Notes: generated by a model from the letters alone, not told the origin. A DNA stretch of 35,763 nucleotides from Candidatus Woesebacteria bacterium (GCA_003484955.1 DMZH01000003.1:1-35763); one strand, 5' to 3'; positions 1-10,514 are shown, counted from the stretch's first letter. Made by a program: numbers and translations.

Positions 1-1401
1 GCCGACGTCGGCGCTGACCTGGTCGGCAAGGTTGAAGCGGGAATTCCGGAAGACGATCCCAGAAACCCGGGAGTCATTGCTGACCTTGTGGGGGATAATG
101 TCGGGGATGATGCCGGAATGGCAGCTGATCTTTTTGAAACTTATGTGGTAACCTCAGTTGCTGCAATTCTTATTGGTAAGTCCGCATCGTTACCGCTTAC
201 AATCGGCGCAGCGGCTATTATCGCTTCCATTTTTGGGACTTTCTTTGTAAAACTTGGCAAGAAAAAGGAAATCATGCAAGCTCTTTACAAAGGTCTTATA
301 GCAGCCTCTCTTCTGGCAGCCGTCATTTTCTATTTCATTACTCCCTCTATGAATATTTATCTGACCACACTGATAGGAATCGCCGTTACTTTTGGGATGG
401 TAGTTATTACCGAATACTTTACTTCCAAGGGAAGTGCTCCCGTACAAAATATTGCCGAGGCGTCGACTACAGGACACGGAACAAACATTATTGCGGGCTT
501 AGCCAACTCGATGAAGTCAACTTTCTTCCCGATAATTTTGATCTCTGCAGCCACCTTGGGAGCGTTTGCTCTTGAAGGACTTTATGGAATTGCTATCGCC
601 GCCATGTCTATGCTTTCATTAACCGGAATAGTAGTTGCAATCGATGCCTTTGGCCCTATTACGGATAATGCCGGAGGAATTGCAGAAATGACAAATCAAC
701 CGGACAAAGTCAGAGATGTAACAGACGCCTTGGATGCGGTAGGCAATACCACAAAAGCCGTTACCAAAGGATATGCAATTGCTTCCGCGGGATTGGCCGC
801 ATTGGTTCTTTTTGCCAGCTTTACCGAGGAAATCGGCGTGAACTTTACTTTCTCGCTTTCCGATCCAAAAGTTTTGGTGGGTCTTATAATTGGCGCCTCT
901 CTTCCTTACGTTTTTGCAGCCTATGCCATGGAAGCAGTCGGGCATGCCGCCAAATCTATCGTTGAAGAAATCAGACGTCAATTTAGGGAAATTAAAGGCA
1001 TTATGAAAGGTACTGCCAAACCCGAATACGGAAAAGCGGTTGACATTGTTACCAAAGCAGCTTTAAAAGAAATGATTTTACCGTCTGCTATTCCGGTTGT
1101 TGCACCGATTTTAGTTGGTTTCGTTTTGGGACCTTCCGCTTTAGGCGGACTTTTAATGGGTACTATCGTTACGGGACTTTTTGTAGGAATTTCAATGACA
1201 ACCGGTGGAGCCGCTTGGGACAATGCCAAAAAATATATTGAGTCGGGTAAATTTGGCGGAAAAGGAAGTGATGCTCACAAAGCCGCCGTTACGGGTGACA
1301 CAGTGGGGGATCCCTATAAAGATACTGCCGGACCGGCCCTAAACCCAATGATTAAAATTGTAAACATTATTGCCCTACTTATTGCACCCTTCTTGATTTA
1401 G
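1..1401 (+). CDS. hppA: Membrane-bound proton-translocating pyrophosphatase, K+-independent type; 5' end lies outside the window
   Basis: Frame is open from base 1 ([23 protein letters not shown]...GDNVGD). Also [19 protein letters not shown] (Lys form = K+-independent), [23 protein letters not shown] and many hydrophobic helices. Confidence 0.97.
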   Translation, partial: ADVGADLVGKVEAGIPEDDPRNPGVIADLVGDNVGDDAGMAADLFETYVVTSVAAILIGKSASLPLTIGAAAIIASIFGTFFVKLGKKKEIMQALYKGLIAASLLAAVIFYFITPSMNIYLTTLIGIAVTFGMVVITEYFTSKGSAPVQNIAEASTTGHGTNIIAGLANSMKSTFFPIILISAATLGAFALEGLYGIAIAAMSMLSLTGIVVAIDAFGPITDNAGGIAEMTNQPDKVRDVTDALDAVGNTTKAVTKGYAIASAGLAALVLFASFTEEIGVNFTFSLSDPKVLVGLIIGASLPYVFAAYAMEAVGHAAKSIVEEIRRQFREIKGIMKGTAKPEYGKAVDIVTKAALKEMILPSAIPVVAPILVGFVLGPSALGGLLMGTIVTGLFVGISMTTGGAAWDNAKKYIESGKFGGKGSDAHKAAVTGDTVGDPYKDTAGPALNPMIKIVNIIALLIAPFLI

Positions 1402-1423
1402 ATACTATACTGGTGGTATAGCC

Positions 1424-2038
1424 GTGAAGATTTTTTCATCTATCCTAATTCTAATAGGCCTTGCCATAATACTTTTTCTCTTCGGACCCGTTATCAAGCA
1501 GGAAGTTGATTATACTTTCAACCAACTCACCGGAGTTAGGTATTCAGTTGATACAACCGTTGCCTGGAGTTCCCAAAGACCGATTTATCCTCCCAACACC
1601 GATTTTTCAATAATTATTCCCAAAATAAACGCGGTTGCCCCGATTGTCGACAATGTTGACCCGTCAAACTCTATCCAATATCTCAAAGCTTTAAAAGAAG
1701 GAGTTGCTCATGCGGACGGTACTGCATACCCTGGAGAAATTGGGAACATGTATCTTTTTGCCCACTCCACGGATGCTTTTTATAATGTAGGCAAATATAA
1801 CGCGGTATTTTTCCTAATCGGGCATCTTGTTCCGGGGGATGAAATAGATGTTTATTATCGGGGAAAATTAACTAAATATGTAGTTTATGATAAAAAGATT
1901 GTTGATCCGGAAGACACGGAGTTTTTGGGAACTTTAATTGAAGGAGAAAAAACTTTAACACTCCAAACCTGCTATCCACCCGGAACCACAATAAAAAGAC
2001 TTGTAGTTCTGGCAAAATTGCAGGAATCGAAGCAATAA
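1424..2038 (+). CDS. Sortase
   Basis: N-terminal TM anchor, IIIPKI, GVAH...PG..GN..LFAHS (catalytic His), TLQTC (TLxTC Cys) and KRLVV (Arg). Adjacent to an LPxTG protein. Confidence 0.92.
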   Translation: MKIFSSILILIGLAIILFLFGPVIKQEVDYTFNQLTGVRYSVDTTVAWSSQRPIYPPNTDFSIIIPKINAVAPIVDNVDPSNSIQYLKALKEGVAHADGTAYPGEIGNMYLFAHSTDAFYNVGKYNAVFFLIGHLVPGDEIDVYYRGKLTKYVVYDKKIVDPEDTEFLGTLIEGEKTLTLQTCYPPGTTIKRLVVLAKLQESKQ

Positions 2039-2040
2039 TA

Positions 2041-2068
2041 TTGACATCTGCAAATCTGATAGTATACT
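2041..2068 (+). promoter_or_regulatory. Sigma70-type promoter of the large surface-protein gene
   Basis: TTGACA (2041-2046), 16 bp, TATACT (2063-2068), 10 nt before the ATG at 2079; no Shine-Dalgarno. Confidence 0.7.
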
Positions 2069-2078
2069 CGGGAATTAG

Positions 2079-5000
2079 ATGAAGAAATTAATATCTATCA
2101 TCGCCACTTCTGCCATTCTTCTGAATTCTTTAGTTACCCCTCTGTCTGCTTTAGCTCAGGAGGCAACTCCCACACCAACAATCGAGACTACAGAGTTATT
2201 TGCAACCACTGAGGCTTCATCGACACCAACTGATATTGCGTCTCCAACCCCGGCAGAAACAGTAATTCCTGAAGCGACTGCGACATCCACTCCCTTGCCG
2301 GAGCTTTTAGTGGAGGAGATTCTTCCCGTCGAGGCTGAACCCCAAGTGGCCGAGCCATCTGCCACGCTAGTTGTTTCAGAGCCTCAGCCAGTCGAAAAAG
2401 TCTATTTATCGGATGGTCAAGCTATAATCAACACGGTTAACACCGATTGGAACATAGACGAGGCAAACGGTTCTGCTGAAACGAAAGAGGCCGTAAAACT
2501 GGGTGTTAAATACATTTTTCCCTTAAATGATAAGGTAACCGTTACTTTCAAATCTCTCCCCACCGATGAAAGTCTACGCACTACTATTAAGATTGTTAAA
2601 GTTAAGGTGAGTGATCTCAACCTCCCAGACAATATGAATCCCTACGGTGAATATGCCTACGACATCACGACCGACATGTCTGATGGCACTTTTGATTATG
2701 ATCTGACTCTTCCCAAACCAGATGGCCAATCAGTCGATGTTGCTTACATGGAAGATACAGATTCAACACCGCTTACAATAGCAGAGAATCAAACCAGTCA
2801 AGAAGGTGGTACTGTCAAAGCAAGTGACATTAATCATTTCACTATTTTTGTAGTAGTGAATCCGAATCCAGCCGGAAATGGTTCGACATCAAATAATACC
2901 TGTCTAACAGCGGCGGCTGGCGGAGCAGTAACTTGTTATGACACAATCCAGGCGGCTATCGATGCGTCAACTAATGGAGATGAAATTGAGATTCAAAGTG
3001 ATATTACAGTTGGCCAACAGGTCAATGTAAACAAAGATGTGACGATTGATGGCAATGGTTTCACTGTTAGTCCAAATTTTGGATACACAAATAATTCAAA
3101 TAATTCCACTTTTGGAATACACAGCTCTGGTGTAACAATCTCAAATTTAACAGTTGATGGTGCTTCAGGTACAAATCTACATGGTATTAATATTTACATG
3201 GTTAATAATATTTTATTAGACGGGGTAAGTGTCTTAAATAATGATAAATCCGGAATTACTGTTAACGGCTCGATTGTGACAGTAAATAATATCACTACGG
3301 CAGGGAACGGTTGGGGTGGTATTAACGTAGACCAAGGAGTTGGTGTGACAACAGAGGCCAAGTTAATTATTGCTGGCACAAGCTCCCATAATGAAGCCGC
3401 TCATATTTGGCTTGATGATTTCCGTAAAGCTACCGTAGATGATACCTCGCCACCTCAATACCAGGTTACAAACGGTCTCGGAAATTTACGTATCTACACA
3501 CTAAAGAACTCTAATAATGCTTCTGCCAGTCTTGAGCAGTGCCGTAACGGAACATCTGGATCACCCAATGATTGTTTATCACTTGGAGGTTCTGTGGGGT
3601 GGGTAAACGGTAACGCGGGCTCATCCAATTCTCATTATGTCGAGGGTCTCTCTATTCCTTACCGCACCATTATGGAAGATCTACCCCTTGGTACTCCAAT
3701 CACCATTACTCTTGAATACGATATTAAACATTCTGGCGCCCACGCTATTGATTTCTTGACCAGTTATAATCGTCTACAGCCACATTCCCCTTTTGGTCAC
3801 TCAGTAGAATCTATTGATCCAACGAGTGGTGTTGCAGGGGTGCCCGGAACTTACTCTACTTACACAATCCCGACTCCATCAAGTGTCGGTAGTCCAGTAT
3901 CTGGCCAGCCAACCGATAGATTCAATTCATTACCTGCAGATGAAAAATTAATGACACTCTATGGCGGTACTATCTCTAATGTGGTATATGCCACACAAGG
4001 GGATTTGAATGCCAATTCAGCAAGCACTAGTATAAATGTTACATTCACAGCAACTAGTGCAACAGCCGTCCTCGCCTGGGGTGGCCATATTGCCCGCGAA
4101 GCCGATTGGGGCACCAATCAATCCGCAGGGGGAATCAATGGCTCTCCATACCACATGAGACTCATAAATTGGACTCAAGGTAGTCTCGGCAACCAAGATC
4201 GCTCACTTTCTGCTGGAGCAGTAGCCGCCCCAAGTTCAATAACAATTGTTAAAGATGCCCAGCCCGATAACTTCCAAGATTTTACTTTCGTCACGACTGG
4301 CAACGGTCTCTCTAGTTTTACCCTTGACGACGACGCAGACGGCACACTCCTCAATATGACTACTTTCAATAGTTTACTTGCTGGAACCTTCACTATTACA
4401 GAAGATTCTATGCCTGGATGGTCACTCTTTTCCAAAACTTGTGTAACAGATGGAACAAGTAATTCTCCATCAACATTCTCTCCAATTACGGACGGAATCT
4501 CTATCAATTTAGTTGCTGGAGAAAATATTACTTGTACTTTCACTAATACACAACAAAATGGAACATTGAGAGTAAACAAAATTACAGTTCCTAACGAAGC
4601 GGAAGTGTTTAGTGTTACTGCAACCGGATCCGGAACAATTACAGGAACTGCAACACAAAATGTAACAGGAGGATCATTTGTCGACTATACAGTTACAACC
4701 GGAACTTATTCAGTTACTGAATCACCAAAAATAGGATGGGCCGAAACAAACAATACTTGTGCAAGAGTATCTGTGTCTGCAGGCGGAATTAGTGAATGTA
4801 CAATCACAAACACTAAACTTGGTTCAATTTCGGGTTTCAAATATGAAGTTGGAAACCAAACTCCGTTGGCTGGCTGGATAATTTCGCTTTATCAGGAACA
4901 AACCCTAATCGCCACTCAAAGTACAACTCTCTCCGGATACAGTTTCAATAATCTTTTACCGGGTATATATTCATTATTCGAAAACCTTCTAGGTGGCTGG

Positions 5001-7916
5001 ACACAAGTGGACTCACCATCAAACATCGACCTTGCTGCTGGCCAATCCTCAACAGGCAACGATTTTGTAAACTTCCACAACGTTTCAATTTCTGGGCAAA
5101 AATTTAATGATTTAAACGGAAACGGAACCAAAGATGCTGGAGAACCAGGACTTTCTGGTTGGACAATCAACCTTGATACCGGTGCTAATGGAAGTGTCGA
5201 CGCAACCACCATGACCGACACAAGCGGTAACTACACGTTTAGTGTTGGACCCGGAATTTATAGAATTCGTGAGTCTGGACAAATCGGGTGGTCCCAAACA
5301 ACCACAAACCCTGTCGATTTTACAGTTGTAAGTGGGCAAAATGTAACAGGCGTCGATTTTGGGAACTTTAATCTTGGTCAAATTTCCGGAAAGAAATATG
5401 AAGACTTGAATGGCAACGGAGAAGATGATACAGGTGAACCTGGCCTTTGGGGATGGTTGATTTATATAGACACAAATAACAACGGTCAACTGGATTCTGG
5501 TGAGAGATCAACTTCAACAGATCCGACCGGCCATTACACTTTTTCAGATCTTGGTCCAGGAACATATATTATCCGCGAACAAAATAATGAAGGTTGGGCA
5601 CAGACTGACCCAACCGGTTTAGATACCTCCGTTGGCGGACAGAATGACGGAAGCTACATAGTTGCAATGACGAGTAATGGCAATAAAACCGAAAGAAATT
5701 TTGGGAATCAAATGCGCGGGTCAATCACTATCACTAAATCTGCAATTCCCCAAGATGTGCAGAATTTTGGATTCACAAGTCCACAACTTGGGAGCTTTAC
5801 TTTAAATGATGATGGCAACGGTAGTGATAGCTACAAGATCTTTCCAAATTTGGGAAGTAATACTAACGGCATTACTTATACAATAACCGAAGACCTGACT
5901 ACCGGATGGAAATTAACAAACATCTCGTGTACTGGGGATGAGGACGTAGCCCATGACGTGAATGGCCGCACAGTTACGCTGACATTGGATCATCCGACAG
6001 AGAATGTAAGTTGTGAATTCACCAATACCAAACTTGGTTCAATCTCAGGTTTCAAGTACGCCCAGGGTAGCCAGGTTCCATTAACCGGATGGACAATTTC
6101 CCTATACCAAAACCAAACTTTACTTGCATCACAAGTCACCACAGCAGAGGGATATAAATTTGACAATCTTTCACCGGGTGCATATTCACTTTCCGAGGGT
6201 CTTTTGAGCGGCTGGACACAGATAAGTATTCCCTCAAGCGTAGTGATCACCGCCGGACAAGACTCAACCAATAATAATTTTATTAATTTCCTTAATGGCA
6301 ATATTGCTGGATATAAGTGGAATGATTTGGACGGTAATGGTGCCTGGGACAACGAAGAGCCTCCCATTGAAGGTTGGAAAATCTATCTTGATCGACCGGA
6401 TGGACCTGACATTTATGATCTGACTAATGCATCAGGGCACTATTACTTTGGAGATTTGGGACCTGGAACTTACAGAGTTTACGAAGAAGTTCAGCCCAGT
6501 TGGACCCAAACCGCACCAAGTGGTAGTGAATACATAATCGATATGACCCAAGGTGCACAGGGACTAAACAATCCCAATTATAATTTTGGTAATCAAAGAT
6601 TGCCGGTTACCATCAAGGGCTACAAAGTAATTTGTGAGAATGAAAGTGATTTACCAAATTGGGGTAATCATGGATCAACCATCGACGCAGACACAGCCCA
6701 AGATTATGTAGATTCTCACTCAAGTTGTTCTTTATCAGAAGACTGGGATTTCCAATATGGGCCTTCGGGGGCGGGGAGCTTTGGATCTTTCCAGACAGAC
6801 ACAAATTCATTGGCTGGTTCCTGGAATACTTTTAATGTAAGTTCGGATGCAATAATCAACGACCTTTCTAATTTTGGAGGGAGAATTGAAGTCCGAGAAG
6901 TCTTCCCTGATAATACCTATTTGCCATTTAGCAATAGTGGTGATTTCAGCGCAGAGTTCTATTGCTCGGGCGACACTTATAACTACGATAATTGGGAATG
7001 GATAAATAACCCTCAATACGATCAAACTTATTACTGTGTTGCCTTCAACACACTAAATCCTGGACATATTATTGTTGATAAAGTAACAGATCCTGAAAGG
7101 GATCCTCAAGTGTTCACATTTAATCCCAGTTGGAGTGAAAACAACTTTACCCTTACAGATCAAGATAATCCTCTGGATAGCGGCCCACTTGCACCCGGAG
7201 TATATTCTGTAAGTGAATTAAAACAGGACGGTTGGAGTTTGGAGGGTGCAACCTGTGACAACAAAGGTTTGGTTGATGAAATTAATCTGCATCCTGGAGA
7301 AACAGTTACTTGTACCTTTAGTAATCTAAAACTTAATCCCAATATCACCGTCACTAAATCAAATGATAGGAGTGGGGGAACAACGGCCGGCTCCACTGTT
7401 ACCTATACATTAACTGTCAAAAACGATGGGAATGTTGATCTACAGGGAGTTGATATTATAGATATACTTCCCGGAGGGTTTGGTTTTGTTGCAGGCTCAA
7501 CAACCGGTACCGCAGTCGTTCCTACAGTTTCCGGAAGTGTTATAACCTGGAGTAATGTAGGAGACTTGGCAGTCGGAGCATCTTTCATTCTGACTTACCA
7601 GGCGACTATTTCTACAGATTCCACAAATGGACTTTATACCAACTTTGCCACATGCGACTCATACTACTACGGCGGGGATGAGGAACAAACCTCTGTTCCC
7701 TGTAACACTGCCAACTCTACGGTTTCGATAGGCAGTGTACTTGGCTACGGCGGAAACTTGCAAGGACAGGTTTTGGGAGCATCAACCGAACTTCCCGCGA
7801 CAGGAAGCCCGACCTTGGTTTTAATTGTTGCTCTTGTTATGCTTGCAACCGGACTTTTCCTGAACGGATTTACAAAAAGAGAGGAAATAAAACCCAGAAA
7901 ACATGCTAAAAAATAA
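2079..7916 (+). CDS. Large LPxTG-anchored surface protein/adhesin (beta-helix region, SdrD-B/CnaB-like repeats, DUF11-like domain)
   Basis: Signal peptide ending ALAQ; T/P/E-rich linker; YDTIQAAID beta-helix entry; repeated ISG.K(F/Y/W).D.NGNG..D.GEPGL.GW domains; ITVTKS...G.TVTYTLTV.N.G domain; C-terminal LPATG (7791-7805) + TM + basic tail. Confidence 0.88.
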   Translation: MKKLISIIATSAILLNSLVTPLSALAQEATPTPTIETTELFATTEASSTPTDIASPTPAETVIPEATATSTPLPELLVEEILPVEAEPQVAEPSATLVVSEPQPVEKVYLSDGQAIINTVNTDWNIDEANGSAETKEAVKLGVKYIFPLNDKVTVTFKSLPTDESLRTTIKIVKVKVSDLNLPDNMNPYGEYAYDITTDMSDGTFDYDLTLPKPDGQSVDVAYMEDTDSTPLTIAENQTSQEGGTVKASDINHFTIFVVVNPNPAGNGSTSNNTCLTAAAGGAVTCYDTIQAAIDASTNGDEIEIQSDITVGQQVNVNKDVTIDGNGFTVSPNFGYTNNSNNSTFGIHSSGVTISNLTVDGASGTNLHGINIYMVNNILLDGVSVLNNDKSGITVNGSIVTVNNITTAGNGWGGINVDQGVGVTTEAKLIIAGTSSHNEAAHIWLDDFRKATVDDTSPPQYQVTNGLGNLRIYTLKNSNNASASLEQCRNGTSGSPNDCLSLGGSVGWVNGNAGSSNSHYVEGLSIPYRTIMEDLPLGTPITITLEYDIKHSGAHAIDFLTSYNRLQPHSPFGHSVESIDPTSGVAGVPGTYSTYTIPTPSSVGSPVSGQPTDRFNSLPADEKLMTLYGGTISNVVYATQGDLNANSASTSINVTFTATSATAVLAWGGHIAREADWGTNQSAGGINGSPYHMRLINWTQGSLGNQDRSLSAGAVAAPSSITIVKDAQPDNFQDFTFVTTGNGLSSFTLDDDADGTLLNMTTFNSLLAGTFTITEDSMPGWSLFSKTCVTDGTSNSPSTFSPITDGISINLVAGENITCTFTNTQQNGTLRVNKITVPNEAEVFSVTATGSGTITGTATQNVTGGSFVDYTVTTGTYSVTESPKIGWAETNNTCARVSVSAGGISECTITNTKLGSISGFKYEVGNQTPLAGWIISLYQEQTLIATQSTTLSGYSFNNLLPGIYSLFENLLGGWTQVDSPSNIDLAAGQSSTGNDFVNFHNVSISGQKFNDLNGNGTKDAGEPGLSGWTINLDTGANGSVDATTMTDTSGNYTFSVGPGIYRIRESGQIGWSQTTTNPVDFTVVSGQNVTGVDFGNFNLGQISGKKYEDLNGNGEDDTGEPGLWGWLIYIDTNNNGQLDSGERSTSTDPTGHYTFSDLGPGTYIIREQNNEGWAQTDPTGLDTSVGGQNDGSYIVAMTSNGNKTERNFGNQMRGSITITKSAIPQDVQNFGFTSPQLGSFTLNDDGNGSDSYKIFPNLGSNTNGITYTITEDLTTGWKLTNISCTGDEDVAHDVNGRTVTLTLDHPTENVSCEFTNTKLGSISGFKYAQGSQVPLTGWTISLYQNQTLLASQVTTAEGYKFDNLSPGAYSLSEGLLSGWTQISIPSSVVITAGQDSTNNNFINFLNGNIAGYKWNDLDGNGAWDNEEPPIEGWKIYLDRPDGPDIYDLTNASGHYYFGDLGPGTYRVYEEVQPSWTQTAPSGSEYIIDMTQGAQGLNNPNYNFGNQRLPVTIKGYKVICENESDLPNWGNHGSTIDADTAQDYVDSHSSCSLSEDWDFQYGPSGAGSFGSFQTDTNSLAGSWNTFNVSSDAIINDLSNFGGRIEVREVFPDNTYLPFSNSGDFSAEFYCSGDTYNYDNWEWINNPQYDQTYYCVAFNTLNPGHIIVDKVTDPERDPQVFTFNPSWSENNFTLTDQDNPLDSGPLAPGVYSVSELKQDGWSLEGATCDNKGLVDEINLHPGETVTCTFSNLKLNPNITVTKSNDRSGGTTAGSTVTYTLTVKNDGNVDLQGVDIIDILPGGFGFVAGSTTGTAVVPTVSGSVITWSNVGDLAVGASFILTYQATISTDSTNGLYTNFATCDSYYYGGDEEQTSVPCNTANSTVSIGSVLGYGGNLQGQVLGASTELPATGSPTLVLIVALVMLATGLFLNGFTKREEIKPRKHAKK

Positions 7917-8823
7917 ACTTACGACATCATTGATTCTTGGCTTATTGATGCTTTTCGGAGTTGTCATTCCGGCAAAGGCATCAACTGTTTTGGCCATTCA
8001 AACATTGCCATCATACATAAACACAAGAGACTTTAAACTCTCCTGTACAAGTGATGCTTCCTCGGTTACATTTTCCGTCAGTAAGAATGGGGGCTCTCCG
8101 GTTAATTTTGCAACACTAAATCCGACAGCCACCCCATGCCAAGTACAGGTAACCCCTGCTCAAATCGATGAAGAAGCAACATACACATTTACAGTTACAG
8201 ATGGTTCTCTATCACGCTCAACTTCAACCATCTTTGACAATTCCGGACCGTCTTCGGTTTCAGGTTATTACAAAGACGGGCTTTCCGACGGGTACAGGCT
8301 TCATTACCATACACCCAGCGATTCAGATTTTGACAAAGTAATAATCTATAGGGGAGATACTCCTGATTTTTCGGCCGACAGCTCTCATGAAATAGCCACT
8401 GTCAATTCCTCGCCAAATTCCGACATGACCTATGAAGATCACTCCGGAAGCGGTAAATACTACAACATTCGTGCTTTAGACCATGCAGGTAATTCTTCAG
8501 CTCTTGTGGGAGATGGTGGGGGAACGGTGACAATTGTTACAACAGGTACGCCATCGTCGACAGGCGGGAATGTAACAATATTCCCCAAGGAGGCGGGGGC
8601 AGGAAGTGTACTGGGAACTGAAGCTACAGCAAGTCCAACACCCGAATTAGGCAGCCCTCAACCGGATCAGGGAGGAGTTGTTAACCAAATTAACCAGTTT
8701 GCCAACCAAACCCCGAATCCTATTAAATGGATTCTGACCCACAAAAAGATCTCAATTGGGATTGCACTGATCCTTTTTGGCATTGCCTATTACCTCTACC
8801 GTATGAGCAAGAAAAACAAATAA
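7903..8823 (+). CDS. Secreted, C-terminally membrane-anchored protein with an FnIII/Ig-like domain
   Basis: Signal peptide (PAKA); YYNIRALDHAGNSS FnIII-like strand; C-terminal TM + basic tail; start overlaps the end of the upstream gene. Confidence 0.75.
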   Translation: MLKNKLTTSLILGLLMLFGVVIPAKASTVLAIQTLPSYINTRDFKLSCTSDASSVTFSVSKNGGSPVNFATLNPTATPCQVQVTPAQIDEEATYTFTVTDGSLSRSTSTIFDNSGPSSVSGYYKDGLSDGYRLHYHTPSDSDFDKVIIYRGDTPDFSADSSHEIATVNSSPNSDMTYEDHSGSGKYYNIRALDHAGNSSALVGDGGGTVTIVTTGTPSSTGGNVTIFPKEAGAGSVLGTEATASPTPELGSPQPDQGGVVNQINQFANQTPNPIKWILTHKKISIGIALILFGIAYYLYRMSKKNK

Positions 8824-8886
8824 CGGTGTAATTATGCGGCAGATGATTTACGAATATATTAATTGTATTTTTGTAAGTGGTTTTGT

Positions 8887-8913
8887 AAACCGCTCCTAAA
8901 GGGCGGTTTTTTT
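8887..8913 (+). terminator. Rho-independent terminator
   Basis: AAACCGCTC-CTAAA-GGGCGGTTT followed by a T run. Confidence 0.8.
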
Positions 8914-9109
8914 GTGCACCAGATTTTATTATCGATAGTGCACAACCCTTCCGATAATCTCGGCTTAAGGCGTGAACGGATAGTTCCCAAAAGCCGAAAG
9001 CGGAGATAAGGAGGGTGTATATTAAAAGGCTTTCTCGAGAGGGAGGCCTCCCTCTCGAAGCAGACTCTTGTAGTCTGTTAATAAAGGCTGCGAAAGGGGG
9101 TGAATAAAT

Positions 9110-9561
9110 ATTAAAAAGTTATTGTTTAGTTTAGTTTAGTTTTTGGGATTGCTGGAGTATTTGTGTTTGTAGGTTTAGCCTTTGCGGGTAATCCTAGCGC
9201 TGATGACAATTGTGATACGTCTGTAACCGATCCTTATCTCGGGTATGGAACACGAGCCGACCTATACAATTGTAAATCTATTGGTAATTCTGGGGAGGAG
9301 CAGGGGATTTACTTTATCAATGACGCCACTTCGGAAAGTTTGGGTTACACAGAAAATCATGGAACATGCAGTGTGGTAGTAAAATGGTCAGGTGATTACG
9401 GATCAACACCTGGTCTTGATTTTGGAACAGTATTTAATAACACAAAATGCTCCGATGGATTTGTTGAGATATGGGGTGACAATTTTGGTCCTGGTGATGG
9501 ATATGGGGCAACTCCATACATTTGGTCAATTGGAAGACAAGGTTCACTGATACATCCTTAA
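9110..9561 (+). pseudogene. Small secreted protein with a frameshifted signal peptide (annotated ORF 9163-9561 is the in-frame remainder)
   Basis: SD-like GAAAGGGGGTGA (9092-9103), then ATT AAA AAG TTA TTG. A (TTTAG)3 tract at 9125-9139 creates a TAG stop. Removing one unit gives (M)KKLLFSLVFGIAGVFVFVGLAFA in frame with 9163. Confidence 0.6.
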
Positions 9562-9586
9562 CTAATTTATTAGTTGTTAAGCGAGA

Positions 9587-9625
9587 AAAAAAGCAGGGGA
9601 GAGTGAAAGCCACCCCTGCTTTTTT
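9587..9625 (+). terminator. Terminator hairpin with a 13-nt loop
   Basis: AAAAAAGCAGGGG (9587-9599) pairs with CCCCTGCTTTTTT (9613-9625). Confidence 0.8.
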
Positions 9626-9672
9626 ATTGTTGTGTTATAGCATGAGAAACCTGTACATGTTAATATTCATAT

Positions 9673-10470
9673 ATGCGATGCTACGAATTGTTTATAGACG
9701 AACTTGGTCAATCAAACCCAACAAGTAAACAGTCGGACGTTTACGTTTTATCGGGGTGTGCGATTGAAGACGATAAAAGAAATGAATTAAAAATATTTGC
9801 CGATCAAATAAAATTTAAATATTGGGGAAATACAAACATCGTCTTCCACTCAAGAGAAATTGCTAGAAATGAAGGATCATTCTCAATTTTCTCCCGGAAT
9901 CTCTCAAGACGTAGAGAGTTCTTTGAGGATCTATATAAGTTCTTAAATCTAGCAAATATAATTCTTTTTGTTGTCGTATGTGACAACAAACAGGCAATAA
10001 AAAATGGTTGGAATTCTGTAAAGGTTATCAAAGAAACTGGTAATTTAATTTTTCTGCAATTTACAACATGGCTTTTAGGTTTAGCTTCCGCAAAAGGAAA
10101 AGTTAATATTGAATCGGCTACGGCAGAGAAAGACAGATATTATCTAAATACGTTCTCGTACTTTTTGGCACCGCAAAATAAAGATCTTAATGTTGATTAC
10201 AAAATTATTCAAAACATACTAACTTCCATATCTTTCGTAACAAAGAGGAACCACGACATTGAGGAGCAAATCGCAGATTTGATGGCGTATGCCGCAAAGT
10301 GTAAATATTTAAGAGTGACCAAAAGAAAAACTTTTAAAGTTGGCTCGTATGAGGATAAAATAATCAGGCTTTTGGAGACAAAATTATGGCGTTTACCCAA
10401 GCTGGCAGGGGAGAAAAAGATGAAATTTTATAAAAACATTGAATCGTTCTGCGTAATTCCAAAACAATAA
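9673..10470 (+). CDS. DUF3800 family protein
   Basis: N-terminal LFIDELG, central FHSREI and C-terminal QIADLMAY motifs are typical of DUF3800. Extended -10 TGTTAATAT lies 6 nt upstream of the ATG. Confidence 0.85.
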   Translation: MRCYELFIDELGQSNPTSKQSDVYVLSGCAIEDDKRNELKIFADQIKFKYWGNTNIVFHSREIARNEGSFSIFSRNLSRRREFFEDLYKFLNLANIILFVVVCDNKQAIKNGWNSVKVIKETGNLIFLQFTTWLLGLASAKGKVNIESATAEKDRYYLNTFSYFLAPQNKDLNVDYKIIQNILTSISFVTKRNHDIEEQIADLMAYAAKCKYLRVTKRKTFKVGSYEDKIIRLLETKLWRLPKLAGEKKMKFYKNIESFCVIPKQ

Positions 10471-10514
10471 AAAAACGAGCTCGAGCCGTTACCGGTCTCT
10501 CCCTCGTCTTTTGT
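10469..10514 (-). ncRNA. Candidate small hairpin RNA convergent with the DUF3800 gene
   Basis: Minus-strand TTGACA (10548-10543), 16 bp, TAAAAT (10526-10521, TG-extended). Predicted transcript ACGAG..GAG.CCG-GTAA-CGG CTC..CTCGT folds with a GNRA loop and ends in a T7 run. Confidence 0.6.

Noticed and set aside
9085..9105. GGGGTGAAT resembling part of the c-di-AMP (ydaO) riboswitch
   Set aside because: Other conserved ydaO elements are not evident; it is better explained as a Shine-Dalgarno.
9522..9728. 68-aa + strand ORF
   Set aside because: It runs through a terminator and a promoter and overlaps both neighbouring genes.
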